Assembly (NCBI GenBank): GCA_004431415.1
Contig: QPMI01000326.1
Location: 1 to 50,334 of the forward strand
Length of the DNA: 50,334 nt
Direction of reading: 5' to 3'
From: Cyanophora paradoxa CCMP329
Lineage: Eukaryota > Plantae > Glaucophyta
The stretch's first letter is position 1, and every line of letters starts with the position of its first letter. Below are positions 26,716 through 37,594 of this stretch, piece by piece. Below the pieces are notes generated by a model. That model was given only the letters and a program-made list of their open reading frames with translations, searched no databases and was not told where the DNA came from. A program made the translations under genes and the position numbers.

Positions 26716-26816
26716 GCTACGTACGTCTGCAGCTGCGGTTCCTCAGCAAGCAGCTCCAAAGGAACGATTGTTGTACGTACCCCTCTCGAAAAGTTTCTTT
26801 GCGGGCGGGCGGCGCG
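26716..26816. promoter_or_regulatory. About 100-bp bidirectional promoter between cytochrome b561 and DHHC genes
   Basis: Divergent predicted ATGs at 26715 (-) and 26817 (+), with a locally AT-richer spacer. Confidence 0.5.
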
Positions 26817-28796
26817 ATGGACCCGCTCGTTTACTTCGGCGTCGTGTACCTGTTCACGTGAGCGCGCCGCACGGCCAGCGAGCGCTTGCGACGCGCGATT
26901 TCGAATTCACGCCGGCGCAGGGTCTTCTTCTTCATGTATGTGTGCATGTGAGTGACGCGTCCCTTCGCCGTAGCTGCGGGACGGTGGCTGTATGCTAGCT
27001 GCGCCGTGGAGATGGTTTGGGCCGCCCCAGCAGAGCAGAGCACCATTAGCTATGCGATGCAGAGCATGCGCGCGAGAGCGCTGAGCTGCTCGAGCTCACC
27101 GGCACGCACCGAGCTCGTCGGGGAGCGCCGGCCGAGCGGCGTCCCGGGCTGCAACCGCCGTGCATTTCTGGCGCGTCGCCCTCACCGCCTCGCGCAGGTT
27201 CGGGGACAGCGAGGCGCACGAGAAGGGATGCATCGGCTGGATCTACCGCTTCGTGATGGGCTGCGAGGTCGCGCGGGGCTTCCGGTGTGGCGCGCCCCCG
27301 GCCTCCCGCCACCTCCCTCACGGGGCGGCAGGTCGGCGGTCGGGTGCATGTGCGGGCGGCCCGGGCTGCGGGCATGGGACTGCACGTACGGCTACATCTG
27401 CGAGAAGGCCAACCCGCTCATGCAGGTGCCCCCGCGCCGCGCGCGTGCCCCGCCGCGCCGCCCCTCGCGCGGCGACGGGGGCGCAGCTGCTGTACGTGGC
27501 GCTGGTGGGGGCCGGCTTCTGGGTCTACTGGACCTTCGTCTTCGACATGATCGGGCCCTACCTCTCCATCATGCACCAGTGCGCCCGCACCCCGCACCCC
27601 GCCGCCCCGCCGCCCGCCACGCCTCCGACGGGCGGCGCAGGCTCACGAGCCTGCTGTGCGTGGGCGGGGCGGTGACGCTCTTCGTCGTCTGCTCCTTCTC
27701 CGACCCCGGCGTGGTGGACGCGCGCACGGAGAAGGAGTTCGTCGCCGCGTACCCCTACGACGGCATCCTCTACTTCCCCCGCCCCTGCAAGACCTGCAAC
27801 GTCCAGCGGCACGCCCGCACCCCGCGCCGGGCCCGATTCGGGGGCGCCGCTGATGCCCCCGGCAGCCCCGCGCGCTCGAAGCACTGCCGGCTGTGCAACC
27901 GTTGCGTCGGGCGCTTCGACCACCACTGCGCGGTGCCCGGGGCCCCCGCACCGCCCCGCCGCGGGCGCTCACGAGCGGCGGCAGTGGCTGAACAACTGCA
28001 TCGGGGAGCTGAACTACCGCTGGTTCATCCTCTTCCTCCTCTACCACTGCTTCATGTGCGCGTACGGCGCCTACATCTGCCTCGGCGTCGCCTGGGGCGT
28101 CGTCGTCCAGAAGCGGGTGCGCCCCCGCCGCCCCGCCCGCCCGACCCCGGGGCGCCCGGCCGGCCGAGCGAGCGGGGCCGGGCAGCTGCTGACGTCGGAG
28201 TACATGGCGGGGGAGCGCACCGTACCCCCCTCCATCGGCCTCGCCACGCAGGCTCGCCGCTGCACCCCCTCCCCCAGCCCCTCCAGCAGCTGACGCGGGG
28301 CGGGCAGTACATGATGTACCACTACAGCGAGGTGATCCTGCTGGGCGCCTTCTGCCTCGTGCTCGCCTTTGTGTTCGCGGGCTTCGCGGGGTACCACTTC
28401 TGGCTCGTCGCCCGCAACACGACCACCAACGAGTCCTTCAAGTGGCGCGACCTCCGCGCCATGACCCGTGAGATCGAGGCCCGCTGCGCCGCCGCCGCCG
28501 AGGCCGAGGCCGCCCCCGGCGCCAAGGGCGAGGCGGCGAAGAAGGAGAAGGAGAAGAAGAAGGGCCCGCGGATGGTGCCGGCGCACTACGGGAAGGACGT
28601 GAGCGTGGCGCTGCGGCTGGAGGAGATCGCGATGAACGAGGCGGACGCCTCGGGGGAGACGCTGCAGGAGCTGCGGCAGATGCCGCCCCTGAAGAACGCC
28701 TTCCACCGCTCCGCCCTCGCCAACTTCGGCGAGGTCCTCTTCCCCCGCGTCCTCGCCCAGCGCGCCGCCCTCCGCGCCGCCCGCAAGCGCGACTAG
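26817..28796 (+). CDS. DHHC palmitoyltransferase, SWF1/ZDHHC4-like
   Basis: SDPG, YPYDGILY..CKTC..PARSKHCRLCNRCVGRFDHHC|WLNNCIGELNYRWF, NTTTNESFKW and an N-terminal NPLMQ. Confidence 0.9.
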
Positions 28797-29116
28797 CCGC
28801 CCCCGCCCCCCGCCCGGGGCCCCGCCTGCTCGATCTCCATCAATAGATAGCGCTAGTGTACGTCTGCTTCATTGAACCGAGATACCGATGGCTGGAGGGC
28901 GCTTACGGGGGGAGGGGCCATGATGGTGTGTACATCGGTTACAAACATCTCGATCTCGATCATCTCTCTTACATCGGGGGCTGGTATCAACAAAGGGGAT
29001 CTCGAGGGGCTGGGCGAGGCCGACTGCTAGAGGCGGGCGCGGAGCGCGGGGCGTGCTTTGGTGGAGGCGGCGGCGGGGTACCGCTCGCGCCACCACGCCA
29101 CCGCCTCCGGCGGGAG

Positions 29117-30846
29117 TCATTCGAGGATGTTCGGGTTCCGCGCCTCGGCGTGGATGGCGTCGACGGCGGCGAGGACGTCGGGGGAGAGGGTCACGCGGAA
29201 CGCCTCCACGTCCTCCCGCATCTGCTCCACGCTCGTCGCCCCGATGACTGCCCGCCCCCGCCCTCAGCCCCCGCCGGCGGGAGGGCGGGACGGGGCGGGC
29301 GGGGGCACGCACTTGTGGAGGCGACGTACCAGCGGGACTTGCACCAGGCGAGGGCGAGCTGCGTCGGCGTGATCCCGTGCTTCTTCGCCAGCTCCGCGTA
29401 CTTGCGCGTCGCCGCCATCGTCGGCTCCGCGTGGTACCGCTGTTGGAACCCAGGAAACAGGACATGCCGGGCCTTGGCCGGCTTCGAGCCGTCGAGGAAC
29501 TTGCCGGTCAGCGTGCCGCCGGCCAGCGGGCCGTACGGGAGCAGGCCGATGTTGTAGTTGCCCGGCGCTGCGCGCCCCGCGTCGGCTGGCGGGAAGCTGA
29601 GGTGGGGCCGGGGCGCGAGGGCGCACCGCAGGCCTCGGCGAGCTCAGACTCGAAGCGGCGGTCGACGAGCGAGAACTGCACCACCGTCAGCCCGGCCGGG
29701 GGCGGGCGGGCGGGCGGGGCGGGCGCGCGTCGTTCTGGATGGAGACGGGGAGGGGGACGCCGAGGCGCTTGGCCGCCTCCGCAAAGTGGCACACGCCGAA
29801 CGTCTGCCGCCGCGTGAGGTGCGCCGGGGCGCCGGGGGCGGGCGGGGGCGGACGGTCTCGTTGGAGAGGCCCCAGTGGCGGATCTTGCCCTCCTTGATCA
29901 GCTCGCCCAGCGCCGCCACGGACTCCTCGAAGGGGACCGAGGGCCGCTCCTGCTCGGGGTTGTACCGCGACGTGCCCCAGAGCGGCACGTAGCGGTCCGG
30001 CCTGGGGCGGCCCCCGTCAGGTCGCCCTTGCTTCGATTCGGCTGGGGGGCATGGTGGGAGGGGAGGGCGGGGCACCAGTGCAGCTGGATGAGGTCGATGT
30101 ACGTGGTCTTGAGGCGCTTCAGGGAGGCGTTGACGGCGAGCTTGATTTGCTCGCCCGAGAGGCGCGCCACCTCCTTCGCGTCCACATCCACCCCCAGCGT
30201 CTCCCGCCGGTGCTGCGCGATCCAGTTCCGCCCGGGGCCGGCCACCTTTGTCGCTATGATCAGCTTCTCCCGGCACCGCCGCTTCTCGAGCCAGTTCCCG
30301 ATGAATCGCTCTGTCGTGCCGCACGTCTCCGCCCGCGCCGGCACAGGATACCCTTCTGCCGTGTCTGCAGCGAAGGTCTCAGAGCGGTCGATTCATAGCT
30401 AAAAACGATTTAACGAGCTGCGGCGCGCCCGCGTATGCACGAACCGATGAAGTTGACGCCCATCTCGAGCGCGAGGTCGAGCTGCGCGTGCGCCTCCTCC
30501 TCCGTGTTCTGCTCGCCCCAGGCTGCGAGTAGACGCGTCGGCGCTCAAGTTACCCACGCTCGCGAACTTGCACGTGCATGGAAGACGCACTCATTGTACC
30601 TGGAGTCGCGAAACGTCGTCAGCATGCGGTGCACGACACGCGCGATGGCATAGCACGCGCAAGGCTCACCCAGGCACACGACGGAGACCCTATTTCCCGT
30701 GGGATGGAAATGCGCGCGCGCGAGGACCACGTCAGCTTGCGCGATGCGCGCCTCGGGAGGGGCCGGGCGGCCGCGCACATGAGGTCGCTGCTGCCCAGCT
30801 TCTTGTACTCCATGCCGGGCTTCTCGTTCGGGATGCGCGTCGCCAT
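29117..30846 (-). CDS. Aldo-keto reductase, Tas-like (copy 1)
   Basis: MEYKKLGSSDL, CLGTMTWGEQN, DTAEGYPVP, IATKV, SLKRLKTTYIDLIQLHW, GKIRHWGLSNET, LLPYGPLAGGTLTGK, TQLALAW and IGATSVEQ. Confidence 0.9.
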
Positions 30847-30995
30847 CGGAGGGGAACGAACGTGTGGCGGGTACACGAGCGAAGAACGGCAAAGGACGGG
30901 CCCTTGTTGTGGATGAGCGAAGAACACGTGCGAAGTACGAAAAAGGACAGAAGCGCATCGTTTAGCCCACCGGCAGCGACCAACTAGAACGCGAT

Positions 30996-32856
30996 ATGGC
31001 GCCGTCGCGGGGGAGGGTGGCCGCCAATAAAGCGAAGGCAAAAGCGGCGGCGAGCGATGCGGGGAGCAGCGAGGAGCCGCCGGAAGAGCCAGTGAGCAAG
31101 CGGAAGCCCGCCGGCGAACGTGCACCCAAGCGGAAGCAGCGCAAGGCCACCGGTAAGGATCCGCCAGCCGCAGACGCAGTCTCCGAGAACGATAGCTTGG
31201 ACGGCCCCGCCCCTGCACCGAAGAAGCGCGCGGCGAAAGCCAAGGCGAAGCCTGGCGCCCCGGGTGCTCAAGGAGATGCAGCAAGCGACGCTAGCGACTC
31301 GGAGACGAAAAAGCGGCGAGCGGCGAAAGGATCGCCTGCAGTGAAGAAGCACAAGCCCGCCGCCAAGAAGAGGAAGAAGCGCTGGAAGCGCCTCGCACCG
31401 AACCAGGAGCTGCTGGAGCAGTCGGTTCCTGCAGCTGGCGTCAACGAGGACGACCTCGAGCTGCTCTCTTTTGACCGCTACCTGCCGGAGGCCGGCAAGG
31501 TCAAGGCCAGCGCTCTTCCGAAGGGGCCGAACGGGCTCCCGCTGTGCCGCTGGTGCAGGAAAGAGTGCCCGGGGCTTAGGTGCGCGTCTCGCGACCGGCC
31601 CCCACCTGCCGTGGTCCGCGCGCCGCTGAGCTGCCTCCAGGAACACGTTCTGCTCGAAGCCGTGCGTGCACGAGCACCTGCTCCGGAGCAGCGGCACGTA
31701 CCTGCGGAAGTGCGTGTACCTGCGGGACAAGGGCGTCTGCGCGCTCTGCCAGTGCAAGGCAGACACGCTCTACCGGAAGGTGCTGCGGGCCGGCTCGGGG
31801 CGGAGCGCCGCCGGCGTGGCGGCGCGGCGGGCGGTGCTGGCGGGGACGGGCTTCGAGGGCCACGTGCGGCTGGAGCGGCCCAAGGCCGGCCACTTCTGGC
31901 AGGCCGACCACGTCCTCGCAGTCCACGTCGGCGGCGGTGCGCCCCCCGGGGCCAGCGGGCCCTGCAGGGCCTCACGCCCCCGGCAGGCGCCTGCGCGCTC
32001 ACGAATGTCCGCACCCTGTGCACGCCGTGCCACAAGCAGGCGCGGCGGCAGGGGGCCTGAGCGCTCTCCGCTCGCGCTAATGCAGCCGGCAGGTTACCGC
32101 GGAGCAGGCGCGGGCGCGGGCAGAGGTCCGCCGGGCGCAGAAGCAGGCGCAGAAGGCCGCCACTGGCACCCTGGAGCTGTCGGCGCCGGCGCCTAAGCGG
32201 CGGGGCGCGGCGAAGGCGCCCGCTGCAGGACGGGCGCCGCGCGGGGCCAAGGCCAAGTCAAAAGGGGAGGGCGAGGCGCCGCAGCCGGCTCCGGCCGCTG
32301 AGGCGGAGCCTGGCGGGGCGGAGGCGGAGCGGGGGCCGACGCCGCCGGTGGCGCTGGACTCGCCAAGCGGCAGCGAGAGCGGCGGGGAGAGCGAGGACGA
32401 CCTCCCGGCGCCCCTCTTCGCACTCCCGCCGCTCGCCACCTGGAGCCCGGGCCTGCCCCAGCACGCCTGCGAGCCCGGCACCTCTCCCGCCCCCTCCGCA
32501 TCCGCCCCGGCTTCCCCCGCCTCCCCCGGCCCCTCCTACTCCCCCGACCGCCGCATCACCCTGGGGTCGACGCCCGGCCTGGCGCAGGGGCCGAGCCCGC
32601 AACCTCCCGCCGAGCCTGCCGCCTCCGCATTCGGCGTCGCCCCGCGGGGCCGGGGCCGGCCGCGGGCCCCGCCCTCGGAGAGCGGGTCGTCGCCCTCGCC
32701 GCCGCCGCTGCGGGAGCGCATCGCGCTGCGCGGCCGCGGCGGCGGCCGGGCCGGGGCGCGCGGAGGAGCACGCGGCGCTCCACCCGAGGCCCCTCCCCCC
32801 CCTCGGCCCCCCTGGCGGCCCCAGCGGCCCCAGCCGACGTCATCGAGCTCGATTAG
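30996..32856 (+). CDS. Stand-alone HNH endonuclease-domain protein (ZRANB3 C-terminal HNH-like) with Zn-binding motifs and basic NLS-rich N-terminus
   Basis: GLPLCRWC..TFCSKPCVHEH..YLRKCVYLRDKGVCALC..FWQADHVLAVHVGGG|ACALTNVRTLCTPCHKQ|VT. No helicase domain. Confidence 0.85.
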
Positions 32857-33047
32857 CCGTCTGAGCCGCCTGAGCCGCTGCAGCGTCGAGGCGCACGAAC
32901 AACCCACTCAATTCCACAAACTGTCTGACACACACTGGCGGCGATGCGACGTTCGAGGCGTGGGCGAGAGGGATCTGCACTGACCCAGTCAGCGGGGCGG
33001 GGTCGGAGCCGGCCGGGGCTGATGGCGCGCACCGGTATTATACTTGA

Positions 33048-34816
33048 TTAGTCGGTGACGTTCGTGTTGCGGGCCTCGGCGTGGATGGCGTCGACTGCGG
33101 CGAGGACGTCGGGAGAAAGAGTCACGCGGAACGCCTCCACATCCTCCCGCATCTGCTCCACGCTCGTCGCCCCGATGACTGCCCGCCCCCGCCCTCAGCC
33201 CCGGCGCCGCGCGGCGGGCGGGGGTGGGGAGCGGGGGGCACGCACTTGTGGAGGCGACGTACCAGCGGGACTTGCACCAGGCGAGGGCGAGCTGCGTCGG
33301 CGTGATCCCGTGCTTCTTCGCCAGCTCCGCGTACTTCCGCGTCGCCGCCATCGTCGGCTCCGCGTGGTACCGCGGCTGGAAGCCCGGGAAGAGAACGTGC
33401 CGGGCCTTGGCCGGCTTCGAGCCGTCGAGGAACTTGCCGGTCAGCGTGCCGCCGGCCAGCGGGCCGTACGGGAGCAGGCCGATGTTGTAGTTGCCCGGCG
33501 CTGCGCGCCCCGCGTCGGCGCGCGGGAGGCTGAGGTGGGGCCGGGGCGCGAGGGCGCACCGCAGGCCTCGGCGAGCTCAGACTCGAAGCGGCGGTCGACG
33601 AGCGAGAACTGCACCGCCGTCAGCCCGGCCGGGGGCGGGGCGGGGCGGGCGGGCGGGGCGGGCGCGCGTCGTTCTGGATGGAGACGGGGAGGGGGACGCC
33701 GAGGCGCTTGGCCGCCTCCGCAAAGTGGCACACGCCGAACGTCTGCCGCCGCGTGAGGTGCGCCGGGGCGCCGGGGGCGGGCGGGGGCGGACGGTCTCGT
33801 TGGAGAGGCCCCAGTGGCGGATCTTGCCCTCCTTGATCAGCTCGCCCAGCGCCGCCACGGACTCCTCGAAGGGAGCCCCGCGCCAGTCCTGCTGTGCGTG
33901 GTACTGGTTGGCGCCCCAGAGCGGAGCATAGCGGTCCGGCCTGGGGCGGCCCCCGTCAGGTCGCCCTTGCTTCGATTCGGCTGGGGGGCATGGTGGGAGT
34001 GGAGGGCGGGGCACCAGTGCAGCTGGATGAGGTCGATGTACGTGGTCTTGAGGCGCTTCAGGGAGGCGTTGACGGCCTTCTTGATCTGGTAGGCCGTGTG
34101 GTGCGCCTGCTTCTCCTTCTCGGGGTTCGGCTCGCCTAGCGTCTCCGCCCGCTTCTCGCAGAGCCAGTCCCGCCCGGGGCCAGCCACCTTCGAGGCCAGG
34201 ATGATCTTGTCGCGGCACTGCCGCTTCTCGAGCTAGTTGCCGATGAAGTTCTCCGTCAGGCCGCAAGTCTCCTCCCGCGGCGGCACAGGATACAGCTCCG
34301 CCGTATCTGTAGCGTGGATTCAATCATTCACATAAAAAGCTGCAGTGTATTCAGAACAAACTAGCGCTTATGTGCTAGTTGGCGCAAGAGAGCACAATGC
34401 CACCCAAAACGAACCGATGAAGTTGACGCCCATCTCGAGCGCGAGGTCGAGCTGCGCGTGCGCCTCCTCCTCCGTGTTCTGCTCGCCCCAGGCTGCGAGT
34501 AGACGCGTCGGCGCTCAAGTTACCCACGCTCGCGAACTTGCACGTGCATGGAAGACGCACTCATTGTACCTGGAGTCGCGAAACGTCGTCAGCATGCGGT
34601 GCACGACACGCGCGATGGCATAGCACGCGCAAGGCTCACCCAGGCACACGACGGAGACCCTGTTTCCCGTGGGATGGAAATGCGCGCGCGCGAGGACCAC
34701 GTCAGCTTGCGCGATGCGCGCCTCGGGAGGGGCCGGGCGGCCGCGCACATGAGGTCGCTGCTACCCAGCTTCTTGTACTCCATGCCGGGCTTCTCGTTCG
34801 GGATGCGCGTCGCCAT
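33048..34816 (-). pseudogene. Aldo-keto reductase, Tas-like (copy 2), with in-frame TAG
   Basis: Near-identical to copy 1 over most of its length. FIGN*LEK at 34233-34235 has TAG where copy 1 has TGG. Otherwise intact, so this may be a sequencing error or a recent null. Confidence 0.7.
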
Positions 34817-35010
34817 CGTTGGGGGGAACGAACGTGTGGCGGGTACACGAGAGAAGAACGTAGGAGAGGCCTGGTGTTATGGTTCTCGCTTTCGCTGCGG
34901 CGGCTGCTCCGTTCACTTCTGACCGCGCTAGCTGGTCTTCATCCGCCCTGTTTGGCCCCTGCCGTTCGACGTCGCGCACGAAGCCGGCCACAGGCGGCAC
35001 AGGCACCAAA

Positions 35011-36426
35011 ATGAGCGCGGACAAGCGGAAGCGCTTCGAAGGCATTCCCAAGCTCGGCATAGGGGTAAGCGCGCGTCGTCCCGCGTGTGCGCTAGCTGCG
35101 CGCCGTCGGCCGGCCGCGCGCGCGCGAGCTTAGCTAGACGAGGCGCGCTCGCGTGCGCGCAGCATCCGGGCTAACTTGTGCGTTATTGACAGCTGGCGGC
35201 GTTGGGGCGGCCGGGTTACATCAACCTGGGGCACAGCGACGACCTGCGGAAGGACTACGACGTTGCGGCGATGCAGGAGAACACGAACCGGGTGCTGGAC
35301 GTGGCGCTCGCGGGGGGCGTGAAGTACTACGACGCGGCGCGGAGCTACGGGCGCGCCGAGGAGTTCCTGTCGAACTGGCTCAAGTCCCGCAGCATCGACC
35401 CCTCCTCCATCGTCGCCGGCTCCAAGGTGCCCAGCTCAGGCGGCTGGGCGCGCGCCCTAACCTGCCCCCCAGTGGGGCTACCGGTACACGGCGGACTGGC
35501 AGATCAACGCCGAGGCGCACGAGATCAAGGCGCGGCTGCGGGGGGGCGTGCGGCCCGGCCTTGCCTGACGGGCGCGGGGCGCAGGAGCACACGCTGGATC
35601 ACCTGCAGCAGCAGTTCGGCCTCTCCTGGGGCCTCCTCGGCGACCGCGGCCTCGCCCTCTACCAGATCCACTCCGCGCGCCCCGGCCCCCCCCCCCCGGG
35701 CCCTCCCCCGCTCGTCTCACGGTACCGCCCGGGCGCAGGCGACGTTCGAGTCGGGCGTGCTGACGAACCAGGCGGTGCTGGACGAGCTGGCGGCCATCCG
35801 GGAGCGCACGGGGACCCTCATCGGGCTCTCCCTCTCGGGCCCCGCGCAGGCCGACGTCCTGCGCGCCGCCCTCCGCTGCCGCTCGACGTCGGGGGCGCGC
35901 GTCTTCGACTCGGTGCAGGCGACCTTCAACCTGCTCGAGCGCTCCGTCGGGCCCGCCCTCCAGGAGGCCCACGACGCAGGCCTCCTCGTCATCGTCAAGG
36001 AGGGCATGGCCAACGGGCGCCTCACGCCCCGCAACGCCGACCCCGCCTTCGCCTCCCGCCTGCGCGCCCTCATGGGCGCCGCCGAGGAGCTCGGCACCTC
36101 CTTCGACTCCGTCGCCCTCGGCTACATCGCCGCCCAGGCGCCCCCTGCCCCGACGTTCCCCTGCACCCCGCCCCCTGACCCTGTACCCCCGCGCAGCCGT
36201 TCGTGGACATCGTGCTCTCAGGGGCGGCCACGCCCGAGCACATGGCCTCCAACCTCGGCGCCCTCCAGGCGCGCAGGCCCCCTCGCCAGGGCCGCAGCCG
36301 CCCTCACCTCCTTTCCCACAGGTGGACCTGGGGAGGCTGAGCGAGGGCGCCCGGGCGGCGCTTGAGGCGATGGTGCAGCCGGCCGCCGAGTACTGGGGCG
36401 AGCGCAGCGCCATGGCTTGGAACTGA
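35011..36426 (+). CDS. Aldo-keto reductase, bacterial-type subfamily
   Basis: LGIG|LAALGRPGYINLGH, YYDAARSYGRAEEFL, GSK|WGYRYTADW, LYQIHS|ATFESGVL, FDSVQATFNLLE, IVKEGMANGRL and C-terminal YWGERSAMAWN*. Confidence 0.9.
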
Positions 36427-36479
36427 ACCTCGAGGCCATTGTACAATATAATACATCGCGATTGCGCATGTACAGGTGC

Positions 36480-37049
36480 CTAGCGGGGCAGGCGCGCCGC
36501 CGCAGGGGCTGCGAGCGATGCAGGGGCCCCGGGCTCCTCGCCCCGTCGGCGCTTCGAGGCGGGGCGCAGGGCGGGCTCGGGGGCCTTGCGCTTGAGGGGC
36601 GGGGAGGGCGCGACGAGCTTCAGGGCCGGAGCGGGCAGGAGGAGCGCGGGCAGCCCGTCCTCCGGAGCGTCCGGGCAAGAGGCCGGCGCCGCCTTCTCCG
36701 CGGTGGCCACCGCCGGCGCCGACGGGCCCACGGGCCGATGGGGGCGGGCGACGGTGGCGGGCGCGCGGACGGCGGCGGCGATGTCGACGCTGCACGAGCT
36801 GCAGCTCGGGGTCGGCTCGCAGGCCGCGGGGCCCTCCGCCTCCGAGCTCGAGTCGGCCGCCGGGCACGAGCGCGTCCGGACCAGCACTTTGCCGGACGTC
36901 TCCTCGATCGAGACGGGAGGCTCGCCGGGTGGCGCGCTCCGGGGTCTCTTGTCGGCCTCGGCGACCTCCGGATCTGCGGTCGACAACAGGCGGGCGCTGG
37001 CGCTCTTCAGCGCAACCTTTCTAGAGAGACAGCGGCCTGATCGACGCAT
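36480..37049 (-). CDS. Hypothetical low-complexity protein with bipartite NLS-like motif
   Basis: ATG-initiated 189-aa ORF containing LKRKAPEPALRPASKRRR. It occupies a normal gene slot between a convergent 3' end and a divergent promoter. No domain recognised. Confidence 0.4.
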   Translation of the reverse strand: MRRSGRCLSRKVALKSASARLLSTADPEVAEADKRPRSAPPGEPPVSIEETSGKVLVRTRSCPAADSSSEAEGPAACEPTPSCSSCSVDIAAAVRAPATVARPHRPVGPSAPAVATAEKAAPASCPDAPEDGLPALLLPAPALKLVAPSPPLKRKAPEPALRPASKRRRGEEPGAPASLAAPAAARLPR

Positions 37050-37594
37050 GCGATCATGGATCTAAACAAAAGGAAACAGGTCGGGCGACGGGCGCACCGG
37101 CAGAGACGCGGCGGATGATGGAAAACAGCGGGAGAGCGACCAGCGCGGCCGCTGCGACCGCCGGCTGCTGCACAGCAACCTCTAGTAGCGACTGCATTTG
37201 GCAGGTTCCGCGAGTGCAGCTGAAGTTTCGCCGGGCCGCCGGCTAAAAACTGAAGGGCTAGCTAAAGGGACAACGACGTATGCCGACGCTTGCCGGTGCT
37301 TGCCGAGGGTTGGTGAGGGTGAGGGGCGGCTTAGATGGTTAGAGGCTGATTCCGCGATAAGTTCGGGAGGCGTTTGCCAGCGCTCTGCCAAGAGAGGAGC
37401 CCGCGCTAGGCCGCGCTGGCGCCTCGCCCCGTTGATGCCAGCTCTCGACGCCATCAAGGCCGCCAGCTGGCCTCGTCGCGTGAAGGGAGCAAGCACTGGG
37501 GGAACGAGGTCAAGAGGGCTACAGCAACTTAGCAGGACGGGGGCAGCTCGCATCTAGCTCGTGCATCCTCCTGTCGGCTCCGCCGAGCGTCGAG

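Larger units (their letters stand above)
29150..34850. repeat. Direct segmental duplication (about 29150-30880 and 33080-34850) flanking the HNH gene
   Basis: Long near-identical blocks including introns (e.g. about 30440-30846 vs 34410-34816), interrupted by divergent patches. Confidence 0.95.

Noticed and set aside
26949-27197. Long DHHC intron as a snoRNA host
   Set aside because: I could not find H/ACA or C/D geometry. 5'-proximal introns are often longer in this window.
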